A stretch of 32,000 bases of DNA from Okeania sp. (lineage in GTDB: Bacteria > Cyanobacteriota > Cyanobacteriia > Cyanobacteriales > Microcoleaceae): positions 13,058 to 45,057 of the forward strand of contig NZ_JAYKGW010000036.1 in NCBI RefSeq assembly GCF_035285525.1, written 5' to 3'. Below, piece by piece: positions 1 through 9,782 of this stretch. Within the stretch, counting starts at the first letter, position 1; every line of letters begins with the position of its first letter. Under the pieces are notes generated by a model that was given only the letters and a program-made list of their open reading frames with translations, had not been told where the DNA came from and searched no databases. Position numbers and translations under genes: made by a program.

Positions 1-98
1 AGAAATTTTCCTTCTAATATTACTGAAAATCTCATCTAAATTAAAATTCCTATCAAAAATTAAAAATCCATCCTCAATAAATTAACTCTGAAACTTGA

Positions 99-995
99 CT
101 ATGAAATCAATCCTAAATTACTTACTATCATAGAACCAACTCCAGTATCTGTAAAAATTTCCTGCAAAAGTACATGAGGAACTCGGCCATCAAGAATATG
201 AGCAGCTCGAACTCCCTGAGCTAAACTCCGCACACAACAATTTACTTTAGGAATCATCCCACCAGATACAACTCCTTTTTCAATTAATTTTCTAGCTTCT
301 TGAATATCCAATTTAACAATTAAACTATCTGGATTATGATAATCTTCTAAAATCCCTGCTGTATCTGTTAAAAGAATTAACTTTTCTGCATCCATAGCTG
401 CAGCAATTTCACCAGCCACTGTATCAGCATTAATATTATAAGCCTGTCCTTGCTCATCTGTCGCTACAGTAGAAACAACTGGAATATAGCCATTATCAAC
501 TAGAGATTCTAAAATGTCCGTCCTGACATTACTAACTTCCCCAACAAAACCAATTCCTTCACTGCCTTCGGGACGTGCTGTAATTAAATTAGCATCCTTA
601 CCACATAAACCTATGGCACATCCACCCGCTTGATTAATTAGAGAAACAATTTCTTTATTTACCTTTCCCACTAATACCATTTCTACTACTTCCATTGTCG
701 GCGCATCAGTAACCCGCAGACCGTCCTTAAACTGAGGTTCAATTCCTAGTTTACTCAACCAAGAGTTAATTTCTGGACCGCCACCATGAACAACAATGGG
801 ACGTATACCTACACAAGATAGTAATACAATGTCCCTAACTACTTTATCTTTAAGGTTACTATCTTTCATGGCCGCACCGCCATACTTCACAACTATCTTA
901 CGACCAGCAAATTTTTGAATGTAAGGTAGTGCTTCACTTAGCACTTCAACTCGGCTAATTTCTGGCTGATTTTTAAAGTCTGTACTTTTGAGCAT
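99..995 (-). CDS. argB: N-acetylglutamate kinase (arginine biosynthesis)
   Basis: 298-aa ORF with amino-acid-kinase signatures ([37 protein letters not shown]). Full length with ATG start. Confidence 0.95.
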   Translation of the reverse strand: MLKSTDFKNQPEISRVEVLSEALPYIQKFAGRKIVVKYGGAAMKDSNLKDKVVRDIVLLSCVGIRPIVVHGGGPEINSWLSKLGIEPQFKDGLRVTDAPTMEVVEMVLVGKVNKEIVSLINQAGGCAIGLCGKDANLITARPEGSEGIGFVGEVSNVRTDILESLVDNGYIPVVSTVATDEQGQAYNINADTVAGEIAAAMDAEKLILLTDTAGILEDYHNPDSLIVKLDIQEARKLIEKGVVSGGMIPKVNCCVRSLAQGVRAAHILDGRVPHVLLQEIFTDTGVGSMIVSNLGLIS

Positions 996-1084
996 AGGCA
1001 GGTATTTTTTTTAGTTAGTAGTTTTAATAATAATACACTAATCCTGCGCTATTTCTTGTCCAAAATTTTATGGCTTTAATTTCG

Positions 1085-1277
1085 GTTGGGTTGTAGCTTA
1101 CTGACCCATAGCAGTACGGAGTGAAACCCAACACAACCTTACTACAGCGGTTTTTATTTTAGTTAACCAAAGTAGGTATATAGCTTAAGGGCGTCCCTAC
1201 AAGATTTTGGTTATGGCTCCGGTGGTTGATCAAGAGTGAAAAGCTCTGTAATGTTGGGTTTCGTTCCTCAACCCAAC
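1085..1277. repeat. family G hairpins (GTTGGGTT ... AACCCAAC)
   Basis: There are 8-bp perfect inverted repeats at 1085-1092/1125-1132 and at 1253-1260/1270-1277. The same GTTGGGT/ACCCAAC module recurs at 28149-28197. Confidence 0.6.
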
Positions 1278-1313
1278 CTACCGGACTGTTTCATCTGAAA
1301 TGGTTGATTAGTA

Positions 1314-1370
1314 GAGGCGGGTTTGAGCTAGAATTTTAATACTTCTCTAAGATTTATATAAACCCCCCCT
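1314..1370. repeat. family L hairpin element (GAGGCGGGTTT ... AAACCCCCCCT)
   Basis: Related to the GGGGCGAGTTT...AAACCCGCCCC units at 25725-25892. The left arm GGCGGGTTTGAGCTAGAATTTT resembles the reverse complement of their right arm. Confidence 0.5.
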
Positions 1371-1426
1371 CATCCACAAAATTATTTGTATCAGTCCAAT
1401 AGGTTATCACAAATCAAAAAGTAAAT

Positions 1427-1634
1427 ACAGCAGACTTCAAGTATATGAAATACAGATATTAATCATGACTTACGCAGCAACCATAGATATAGTGCTTAAA
1501 ACCCCATATGCAATAGTTTTTTGACTCTATATTATTATAGTACAGTACCTTTGGGTAAGTCCTGTTAATAATTGAATATTCCCAGTGCGAGCAGAAAAGC
1601 TCGCTTAGGTGTACCTCACGCTAGAATCCGCTGT
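1427..1634. mobile_element. family A MITE, copy 1 (carries nested B1)
   Basis: Ends ACAGCAGACTTCAAGTATATGAAATACAGATATTAAT ... GGTGTACCTCACGCTAGAATCCGCTGT. It has ~30-nt imperfect terminal inverted repeats and the same architecture as 8689-8793 and 24385-24490. Confidence 0.8.
1464..1564. mobile_element. family B MITE, copy 1 (nested in A1)
   Basis: Ends CATGACTTACGCA ... GGGTAAGTCCTG. Flanked by a perfect 5-bp duplication TTAAT (1459-1463 and 1565-1569). Confidence 0.8.
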
Positions 1635-1676
1635 CAAAAAATTGAAACTCTTACCTGTCCCCTGTTCCCTAAAAAA

Positions 1677-2195
1677 TTAGTTATTCCTGAATCTCAAAAA
1701 CTGACTAAGTGGGAAATAGACAACAGGTGCCCAAAGACTACTAATAACAGCAGAACCCAAAGCAACTTGCCTATGGTGAATCCAAATTTCTGCAAAGCTT
1801 TGATTACCAAATAACCCAAACTGTATTGCCATGAAAGTTTCTGCAAAAATAGCCATAATAAATGTTACTAAAGCTACAGAGATAAAGTCTTCCTGGATGT
1901 AACGTTTTTTCTGTAAAAAAGCTGTAACAAATCCTACAAAAGCTAAAGAAATAATATGGGTAGGATAAGGAGCTGTCATGGCATCTTGAATTAATCCTAA
2001 AACCAAGCCAGCCATCAAACTTCCGGCAATAGAACTATGGCTACTCCAAGTAACTAACCAAATTAATAACCAGTTAGGTCTGATTCCCAAAATCTCCATT
2101 CCCGGAATACGAGTTAGTAATAGTAATGTACAAAACACTACGGAGATAATTATAATGAATATTTTGAAAATTATTTGCTGAGATAGATTAGACAT
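1677..2195 (-). CDS. mreD: rod shape-determining protein MreD
   Basis: 172-aa polytopic membrane ORF, last in the same-strand order mreB-mreC-mreD. The call rests on context plus the hydrophobic profile. Confidence 0.75.
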   Translation of the reverse strand: MSNLSQQIIFKIFIIIISVVFCTLLLLTRIPGMEILGIRPNWLLIWLVTWSSHSSIAGSLMAGLVLGLIQDAMTAPYPTHIISLAFVGFVTAFLQKKRYIQEDFISVALVTFIMAIFAETFMAIQFGLFGNQSFAEIWIHHRQVALGSAVISSLWAPVVYFPLSQFLRFRNN

Positions 2196-2930
2196 CTAAT
2201 GAAAAATTACCTTTAATAATTAAATAATTTCAAATAGCTTTTCAATAAGCTTGATAAAAGATTACTGATGAAATCTAAAAGTCTTGAGAATATGATGTAT
2301 TCTACGAGCAAAACATAAGGTCTCAACCCTCTCCTTTTAAGCTATCCCTTACCCATAACTCCTGAAAAGCTTGAAATCCCTAGATCCTCCCAGGAGGGGA
2401 AGGGGGAGAAGGGAGCAGGGGAGAAAGGAGCAAAAATCATAGTAGCTAAGTAAAACAATTTTAAGCGATCGCCCAAAAATGTGTTTTTTTCATATATTTT
2501 TCTCCCGATTTATCGGGAACCGTAAAAGCCGAACACAGACTTACCAAACAATTAATAATTAATAGTTAATAATTAATAATCAAGAGTTTATAGTCAATAA
2601 TTATTCATTCAAAAATTCAGGTTTAAAGGCTTTCATTGCCAGGGGATAAATAAAAATTTTTCTTTTAGTCAATCCTCTTCTTTTAAGAAGAAGTAATTAT
2701 TAATTCTTAATTTTTGATTGTTAATTGCTGAAACATAAATTGTCAATAATGCGCAAGTTTTATGTTAATTAAAGATGTTGATCAAGCATAGCCTTTTTAA
2801 GGGGATGAAAAAAAATTCGATTCAGTATTTCAAGCCTCTGGGTTTCCTCCGGAATGCTACGCAAAGAGCCATAGATACTCATAACTAATAACTGAAATTA
2901 CTGACTTTTAAATTGCTAATTGCTATATCA

Positions 2931-3686
2931 TTAACTTTCTATTTGATTCGGTGTATTTGGATAAACATTTACCCATTCCAAAATATTAAGTGGTGCTGAT
3001 AACTTAATAATAGCTTCCGGAGCAGGACTATTAGACAAATTAATTGATTCGACTGTTCCTACAGGTAAACCCGCAGGAAATAATTGACTATAAGCAGAAG
3101 TAGATACAACATCACCCACTTTAATATTAGGTTCATCATCAAAAAATTCCATAACAGCCTGATCATCACCTCGACCTTTCATAAAACCCATTTGACGACT
3201 ACGAACAACTCCGACTCCAGCTTTACTGGTTGGATCGCTAACTAATAATACCTGGCTAGTATTGGCTGTAACGCTAGTTATTCTGCCAACTAAACCACCA
3301 GTTGCCATGACAATAAAACCTTCTTGAATACCATCATTACTACCTCTTCCTAAAGTTATTTTGTTCCACCAATAATCTGCACTTCTACCTATTACAGGAG
3401 CTATTACTCCTTTCAAATTTTTAGTTTTTGTATAATTTAAAAGTTCATTCAGACTATTATTTTTTTGCTCTAATTCTTGTAGTTGAATTTCTAGTTCTTT
3501 AATCCGAGCATTCACAAATATTTCTTGTTTAACAACGCTAGGTTGAAATGGTAAAGTGAGCCAATTATAAATTTCAAAAAATAAAGAACCTTGAGTGTGT
3601 CTCACCCAAAAAGCTGCACTCACTGCTAAAATTAACAATGCAGCTTTTCGCATCATTTTTAAGCTTCGACGACGCAATGTTTGCAT
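2931..3686 (-). CDS. mreC: rod shape-determining protein MreC
   Basis: 251 aa with an N-terminal membrane anchor, a coiled coil (ELEIQLQELEQKNNSLNELL) and a C-terminal MreC-type domain (GDVVSTS...FPAGLPVGTV). Lies downstream of mreB. Confidence 0.9.
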   Translation of the reverse strand: MQTLRRRSLKMMRKAALLILAVSAAFWVRHTQGSLFFEIYNWLTLPFQPSVVKQEIFVNARIKELEIQLQELEQKNNSLNELLNYTKTKNLKGVIAPVIGRSADYWWNKITLGRGSNDGIQEGFIVMATGGLVGRITSVTANTSQVLLVSDPTSKAGVGVVRSRQMGFMKGRGDDQAVMEFFDDEPNIKVGDVVSTSAYSQLFPAGLPVGTVESINLSNSPAPEAIIKLSAPLNILEWVNVYPNTPNQIES

Positions 3687-3727
3687 TAGTAAAACCTTTG
3701 AAAATTACTCTTTAAATTTGTAATAAT

Positions 3728-3803
3728 TAAGCAATCAGCTATTAGCTATAAATTTCATTTTAGGGAACAGGGAATATCTGACAGCTAATAATTGAATGCT
3801 TAC
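3728..3803. mobile_element. family S element, copy 1 (TAAGCAATCAGCTATTAGCT ... CAGCTAATAATTGAATGCTTAC)
   Basis: 76-bp unit with ~20-nt terminal inverted repeats of the GTAAGCATTCAGCTATTAGC type. Confidence 0.65.
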
Positions 3804-4205
3804 TTAATTTTTTTACTTCTAGTTGAAGTTAAAAGCAGGAACTTTTGTAATAGAATATTTTTTATTAATAAAAAATATTTGCTAATATAGCAATATGGAA
3901 TAATTTGTGAAAATAAACTGTAGAAATTTAGTTTCCAAATTCCTGAATGTTTCGCTTTGGAGACCAAAAAACTATGATAAAATCTTGCAACCTATTTAAG
4001 ATTGCTTATAGCAAACCATATCAATAATTATCAAAAATATAATTACATAAGGTTTGCTGAAAAAGTTTTTTACTGGGGTAGATAATTGCACTTTTTCAGG
4101 ATATAAATAAAGATCAAATTTTTGTCGATCCATACTTTTATATTTAATCAACAAGCCCTAAGTATTAGCTATTAGTAATTCCCATACTGGTAGTAATATT
4201 TTCCT

Positions 4206-4389
4206 GTAAAATTCAGCTATCAGCTATTGCTTTTAGTCCCAGATCAAAGCTTTATTAATTGACCAAAAAAAATCTAACCATAAAAGCCAGTTCACTTGAC
4301 ATTAGAGTTAATTTCATATTCATTAAAATTATATCCTTAAGTACAGGTTCTCTTTGCTAATAGCTAACCGCTAATAACTGAATGCTTAT
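4206..4389. mobile_element. family S element, copy 2
   Basis: Left end GTAAAATTCAGCTATCAGCTATTGC. Right end GCTAATAGCTAACCGCTAATAACTGAATGCTTAT (reverse complement ATAAGCATTCAGTTATTAGCGG). The right end lies 29 nt after the mreB stop. Confidence 0.55.
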
Positions 4390-4418
4390 TATGGGTACTC
4401 AAATAATATAACCAGACT

Positions 4419-5465
4419 TTAGCGAACTGTCCTAGTGAAAAACGGTTCAAACTGTTTAAAATTCTCCAAAGCACGGCCAGTTCCCAACGCTACACAACAA
4501 AGGGGGTCTGCTGCAATATGAGTAATAATACCAGTTTCGTGACTAATTAAAGTATCTACCCCCTTTAATAAAGCACCACCACCAGCCAACATAATACCCC
4601 GATCTATAATATCTGCTGCTAGTTCAGGAGGAGTACGTTCCAAAGTTCGTTTAATTGCTTCTATAATGATAGATAAAGGTTCAGTCATACTTTCTCGAAT
4701 CTCTGCTGCTTTAACTGTGACAGTTCTGGGCAAACCAGACAATAGATGCATACCTCTAACTTCCATAGTTCCGTCATTATCATTCTGAGCAGGATAAGCT
4801 GAACCTAATTGAATCTTTATATCTTCAGCGCTTCGTTCACCTATAACCAAATTATGGACTTTTTTCATATACTGAATCACAGCATCATTCAGTTCATCCC
4901 CAGCTACACGGACAGACTCACTAAGAACCGTACCTTGTAAACTAAGAACAGCAACTTCTGTAGTTCCGCCACCAATATCCACAATCATATTACCAGTAGG
5001 TTCAGCTACAGGCAACCCTGCACCAATAGCTGCGGCCACAGGTTCATCAATTAATCGGACATCCCTAGCACCAGCTTGGAATGCAGTGTCCATTAAAGCT
5101 CGTCTTTCGACAACAGTTACTCCACTAGGAATACCAATAACAATTCTAGGAGATACTAATGTTCTTCCTTCGTGAACTCGCCTAATAAAATGTTTCAGCA
5201 TTAATTCTGCTGTATCAATATCAGCGATTACCCCATCTCGTAGGGGTCTCATGGCAATTACATTAGCAGGAGTACGTCCTAGCATTTTTTTGGCTTCTTC
5301 TCCTACTGCGATGGAAGTTTTTTGCTCCTGGTCAATAGCTACCACAGATGGTTCTTGAAGAACAATACCTTTGCCAGATAGATATACAAGTGTATTGGCA
5401 GTACCTAAGTCTATTCCCATGTCCCTAGACAAGGAAAACCAATTAGACGAATTTAGAAAACCCAC
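4419..5465 (-). CDS. mreB: actin-like rod shape-determining protein MreB
   Basis: 348 aa with actin/Hsp70-fold phosphate motifs (GIDLGTANTLVY, VDIGGGTTEVAV, LAGGGALL). Confidence 0.97.
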   Translation of the reverse strand: MGFLNSSNWFSLSRDMGIDLGTANTLVYLSGKGIVLQEPSVVAIDQEQKTSIAVGEEAKKMLGRTPANVIAMRPLRDGVIADIDTAELMLKHFIRRVHEGRTLVSPRIVIGIPSGVTVVERRALMDTAFQAGARDVRLIDEPVAAAIGAGLPVAEPTGNMIVDIGGGTTEVAVLSLQGTVLSESVRVAGDELNDAVIQYMKKVHNLVIGERSAEDIKIQLGSAYPAQNDNDGTMEVRGMHLLSGLPRTVTVKAAEIRESMTEPLSIIIEAIKRTLERTPPELAADIIDRGIMLAGGGALLKGVDTLISHETGIITHIAADPLCCVALGTGRALENFKQFEPFFTRTVR

Positions 5466-6055
5466 TGGATTTTAACCCCCAAAATAAATTCTTAACTTTG
5501 TGTAATAATTTATAAATAAATATAGCTGAGGTGAATTCTATAATCTTTTTTATTCCTCAGTCTAGTAGGACTGTATCAGTAATGATACGAGCAAGTTTAA
5601 CTGTCCTTGGTTTCTTTGTGCGACACAATAAGGACAAAATCCGGAGGAAGTGTTTGATTTGGAGCTACTTGAGTAATTAGTCCTCTTAGTATATCTTTTT
5701 TTTAGTAAAATGCTAAACTAAAAATTTAGTCTTGCTAAATACATTTATGGTATTACAGAAGGTAGGGAGTTAAAAAAGAAGCTCTTTTTTTTAATTAAAC
5801 TATAAGATGGGAAATTATGTATGGTTTAGTTTTATCTTTTTTTTGGCTCTTAACTGATTAATATTTAGGGTCTTGCATGAAATAGAGGACTATTTTAAAA
5901 GTTTGGTATGATGTGATGGACATCTTCCTGATGACTGATATTTTTCCGTGGGTGTAATTTTGCATCTATATTATATTTATTCCTATAATCTGCAATGCCC
6001 AAATTAGCAAGTCTTAAAATTTAATTCACAGATAACTATAGATATTTGAAAATAT

Positions 6056-6415
6056 ATGAGTTTAAATGTGGTAACTTTGGTCGGTAGGGCAGGTAGAGAC
6101 CCTGAGATTAAATATTTTGAATCAGGTAGTGTAGTTTGTAATGTTACTTTGGCTGTAAATCGTCCTTCTAAAAAAACTGACCAACCAGACTGGTTCGATT
6201 TAGAAATGTGGGGCAAAACTGCAGAAGTTGCTGCTGATTATGTTCGTAAAGGTAGTTTGATCGGAGTAAAAGGTTATTTGAAGTTTGATTATTGGCAAGA
6301 CCGCAATACAGGAGTAAGTCGTTCTAAACCTGTAATTAGAGTAGATAGATTGGAATTATTAGGTTCTAAACGTGATGATGAACAAGCTGCTCAACAAAGT
6401 TATGATGAATTTTAA
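6056..6415 (+). CDS. ssb: single-stranded DNA-binding protein
   Basis: 119-aa OB-fold ORF (NVVTLVGRAGRDPEIKYF...WFDLEMWGKTAE) with an acidic C-terminal tip ending DEF. Confidence 0.9.
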   Translation: MSLNVVTLVGRAGRDPEIKYFESGSVVCNVTLAVNRPSKKTDQPDWFDLEMWGKTAEVAADYVRKGSLIGVKGYLKFDYWQDRNTGVSRSKPVIRVDRLELLGSKRDDEQAAQQSYDEF

Positions 6416-6453
6416 TTTTAAAATTATCTAAAAATTAGACTTCTGGCACAAAT

Positions 6454-6604
6454 GTAAGCATTCAGCTATTAGCTTTCAGACGTCAGCAATAATACTCTAC
6501 TTTTGGAGTAATATTTAACTTAGGCTTCTCTAAGAGGCTACCTAAATTGAGAATAGTTTAAATAAGGCTTTTAGGGCAGCTAAAAACAATAGCTAAATGC
6601 TTAC
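6454..6604. mobile_element. family S element, copy 3
   Basis: Left end GTAAGCATTCAGCTATTAGC. The reverse complement of the right end is GTAAGCATTTAGCTATTGTT (16 of 17 identical over the first 17 nt). Starts 38 nt after the ssb stop. Confidence 0.7.
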
Positions 6605-6887
6605 GCATAAATTGAGAATAAGGAGTAGGAAATAGAGTATTAACAAAGAGATTGTTGAGAAAAATGTACGAAAAAATTTTTGACTTTTACATTGCCAAAA
6701 GGTCTCAGCAATCCTTAGTAGAATGTAATAATTAAAAAACTAGAAATATACTCTGAAATTATTGCCTATTACCTATTTTTAATTGAGTTAATATTGGTGT
6801 TTTTTTTAGAGTTAGTTAGTCGAGGTTAATATGTACTATTTATCTTATTTGGAAAAATTAGGTTTAGCAACAAGGCAGGCTTAAAAT

Positions 6888-7628
6888 ATGAAAGTGCTGA
6901 AAGTTATTATTATTAGTTTTTTAGCAGTTTTTATACTTAATGGATGTGTTCAATATGAAGTAGGAATAAATTTTCAGAGTCAAACTCATGGTGAAATTGT
7001 ACAACATATTAAATTAGCCAAGAAGTTACGCAATTTTAGTCGGGAGATTGTTTCTGATTGGATCAAAAGTATAGAATCTAGAACTTATCAGTTGGAAGGG
7101 AAAACCAAAAGGATATCTAGACAGGAAATTCTAGTTACAATTCCTTTTAACAATGGTTCTGATTTAGCAGAAAAATTCAATAGTTTTTTTGCATATAATA
7201 ATTCTGGAGAATCTCAAAATTATACTCCAGAAACAGGAGTAGATTTACCACAATTAGCATCTCATATTGATGTTAACCAGAAGAATTTTTTGGTGGCATT
7301 GCGGAATAAGTTAAGTATGGATTTAGATTTACGATTATCTACAGATAATAGTAAGGTTGTTGTGAATCCTGCTGATTTATTAGATGTGGAATTTCAGTTA
7401 ATTACACCTTGGGGTTTTAAGAGTATCCAATCAAGTGAAAATAGTACAATATACTATCAAAATGACCAGGAAATTACTTGGAAACTTAAGCCTGGAGAAA
7501 TCAATTCATTAGATGTAGTATTTTGGGTTCCAAGTCCCATAGGAATAGGTGCAATTTTAATCAGTTTATTTGTTTACTTAGGTATAGCTTTAAAATATCA
7601 AATATTACCTACTCTAGAAACTAAGTAA
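6888..7628 (+). CDS. conserved cyanobacterial lipoprotein of unknown function (DUF3153-like, from memory)
   Basis: 246 aa. Signal peptide with lipobox FILNGC near the N-terminus and a single C-terminal TM helix (IGIGAILISLFVYLGIAL). No catalytic motif seen. Confidence 0.6.
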   Translation: MKVLKVIIISFLAVFILNGCVQYEVGINFQSQTHGEIVQHIKLAKKLRNFSREIVSDWIKSIESRTYQLEGKTKRISRQEILVTIPFNNGSDLAEKFNSFFAYNNSGESQNYTPETGVDLPQLASHIDVNQKNFLVALRNKLSMDLDLRLSTDNSKVVVNPADLLDVEFQLITPWGFKSIQSSENSTIYYQNDQEITWKLKPGEINSLDVVFWVPSPIGIGAILISLFVYLGIALKYQILPTLETK

Positions 7629-7640
7629 AAACTAAATTTT

Positions 7641-7804
7641 TAAGCATTCAGCCGTCAGCTAAAAGAGGAATTAGTATTCAAACAGAATTAAAATCCGATA
7701 TGAAAAAGATGATCAGCTAAATTTAAATATTACTTTCATCTATTTTGGGATGCAGGATAATCCAGGAAAAGCTGTTGGCGCAGCATTCCGCAGGAAATGC
7801 TTAC
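7641..7804. repeat. possible family S element, copy 4 (weak right end)
   Basis: Left end TAAGCATTCAGCCGTCAGCT, 12 nt after the stop of the lipoprotein gene. The right end GGAAATGCTTAC shares only the terminal ~9 nt. Confidence 0.35.
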
Positions 7805-8143
7805 CTAAATTTTTAGTCCGGAAATAATAAAATAACAATGATATAATAATATTATTTGAAATGTAAACTGGAGTTAAGTGTTTGATCAGGTTAAGCTTAA
7901 GGTATAAACTAAAAAAATTTTATAAATCATTTCATATTGGTATATTTAAGATATCTTAACTATTTTTAATGTCACAATATTCTTTGAATTTTGTATAATT
8001 GTAAGATATTAAGTTGATCAGCAAAATTAATTACACATCCTATTGACTATTTATTCTCTTTTCCCTATCTGAAAAATAGGAAAAATAGGAAATTTATTTT
8101 CCATGACTACTTAACAGTTTAGACATAAGTTCAAACAAAAACA

Positions 8144-8503
8144 ATGAAACCAATAAACTTTTTGCTAATTTTCTTAGTTTGTCTAGCTTTAGTTATATTT
8201 GCTTTAGAAAATACTCAAACAACTACTATTAAGCTGATTGAAGGTATTGAGTTAGAAGCTCCATTATCTGTAGAACTTGTGGTTGCTACAGGATTAGGAG
8301 CAGTTCTAGCATGGCTATTTAGTTTATGGTCAAGAATGCAACATACCATAGGAAATTTTAGACAAATGCGAGAAATTCATAGCAGAAATAAACGTATTCA
8401 AGAATTACAAGAAGATGTAGAACGCTATGAAGAGGAACTTAAACAAAGAGATAGTTTGCCAGTAGCAAAACCAGTAGAATCTACTGAAGCCAATGCTTCT
8501 TAA
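8144..8503 (+). CDS. LapA-domain (DUF1049-like) small membrane protein with C-terminal coiled coil
   Basis: 119 aa. Two TM helices in the LapA-like arrangement (FLVCLALVIFALENTQ...; VVATGLGAVLAWLF) followed by a charged helix (RIQELQEDVERYEEELKQR). Confidence 0.6.
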   Translation: MKPINFLLIFLVCLALVIFALENTQTTTIKLIEGIELEAPLSVELVVATGLGAVLAWLFSLWSRMQHTIGNFRQMREIHSRNKRIQELQEDVERYEEELKQRDSLPVAKPVESTEANAS

Positions 8504-8688
8504 TATAAAGTATAATTAGTTCGTTACAACTTTTAAAACTTGCCTCTACTTTTGCAACTTTTAAGGTGTATAAGGTAAACATTTCCAGCGGAATGCTAAG
8601 TAAATAGCTATTAGATGTATGAATGTAATAACTTAACTAAGGTTAGGTTATTGCCAATTTCATTTCCTATAAAATAGTATGCCAAAAT

Positions 8689-8793
8689 ACAGCAGATTCC
8701 AAGTATATGAAGTACAGATATTAATAATAAAATATTTTTAGTGCAGGCCGGAAAGTCCGCGTAGGTGTACCTCATGAAGGTGGAATCTGCTGT
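8689..8793. mobile_element. family A MITE, copy 2 (uninterrupted)
   Basis: ACAGCAGATTCCAAGTATATGAAGTACAGATATTAAT ... GTAGGTGTACCTCATGAAGGTGGAATCTGCTGT. The 13-nt terminal inverted repeat is perfect and extends imperfectly to ~30 nt. Confidence 0.8.
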
Positions 8794-8939
8794 AACTATC
8801 AGCGGATCATACTCCTCTATTGTAATAATGAGTGAATAACAAATAACTGATCAAAGACATCTTGTAGATATTTGTTCAGAATAGTCTATATTTTTAAGCT
8901 TGATCAAGTCACAGTAAAATAGAGAAAAAAACTACTACT

Positions 8940-9782
8940 ATGACAATAGGAGTTCCCCAAGTTTCAGAAACCCTTTCGGAAGGAATAGCCTTATTAACAA
9001 ATTTGGCAGAAAAGGGAGAAATTAATCCTTGGGATGTCCAAGTAATTGAAGTAATTGATCGCTATTTAAGTAAACTTACTCCTAAATCAAATATTTCTGC
9101 AAGGGACGATTTTACCAATTTATATCAGTCAGGTCAAGCTTTTTTGTACGCATCTATATTAGTCTGGCTAAAAGCAGATCATCTGGCTAATTCAGAATCA
9201 TCTGAAAATAATTCGGAAATATCTGAAATAGTACAAGTTCCAGAAGCAGAAAATTTTGATACACCAAAGATACCACTGAAACTAGAACAACAATTACGTC
9301 GTCGTGCTGTAGCTCCTTCACCTCGAAAACGTAGAGTTACTCTTCAAGAATTAATTGAGCAGTTACAACTAATTGGAACTGCTATAGAAAATAGAAAAGC
9401 TCGGACTCGTATTCGCAAAACTAGCTCCAAAGCAAGAGCGCAAGCGGCAAAAGTTATTGCCGAATTAGCTCACCAGGAAAATTTAGTAGAAACAGCTATT
9501 GATCTAGAAAAGTTTCTTCTAGAAAAATTGCCAGATACTAATGAAGGTTGGTTAGAATTTGAGAATCTTTTAGAATTATGGTCTTCAGCGTTACAGTCTA
9601 AAACTGACATAGAAAAGGAAAATCAAAATCCTAATGTGCCAATAACTTCTGATCGAGTAGGTGCATTTTGGGCATTACTTCTACTTTCTGCTCAGTCTAA
9701 AGTTGAGTTGTCCCAAGAACAATTTTACCAAGAAATTAAAATTCGTACTATTTCATCTAATTCCGAAGAGGAGAAAATTTAA
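8940..9782 (+). CDS. scpA: segregation and condensation protein A (kleisin)
   Basis: 280 aa. N-terminal LAEKGEINPWDVQVIEVIDRYL motif typical of ScpA. Basic central linker. C-terminal winged-helix-like end (VGAFWALLLLSAQSKVELSQEQFYQEIKI). Confidence 0.8.
   Translation: MTIGVPQVSETLSEGIALLTNLAEKGEINPWDVQVIEVIDRYLSKLTPKSNISARDDFTNLYQSGQAFLYASILVWLKADHLANSESSENNSEISEIVQVPEAENFDTPKIPLKLEQQLRRRAVAPSPRKRRVTLQELIEQLQLIGTAIENRKARTRIRKTSSKARAQAAKVIAELAHQENLVETAIDLEKFLLEKLPDTNEGWLEFENLLELWSSALQSKTDIEKENQNPNVPITSDRVGAFWALLLLSAQSKVELSQEQFYQEIKIRTISSNSEEEKI

Larger units (their letters stand above)
1388..1676. mobile_element. family K MITE-like element, copy 1, interrupted by A1 (which contains B1)
   Basis: The left part CCAATAGGTTATCACAAATCAAAAAGTAAAT and the right part CAAAAAATTGAAACTCTTACCTGTCCCCTGTTCCCTAAAA are collinear with the intact copy at 22326-22463. 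Ends are approximate, and the right end abuts the mreD stop codon. Confidence 0.65.

Noticed and set aside
1441-1453. GTA-N7-TAC in family A copies, resembling an NtcA box
   Set aside because: NtcA sites are GTA-N8-TAC. The spacing is wrong and the motif is part of the MITE terminal repeat.
1572-1814. 80-aa plus-strand ORF
   Set aside because: It starts inside MITE A1, runs through family K repeat DNA, and overlaps the mreD 3-prime end on the opposite strand.
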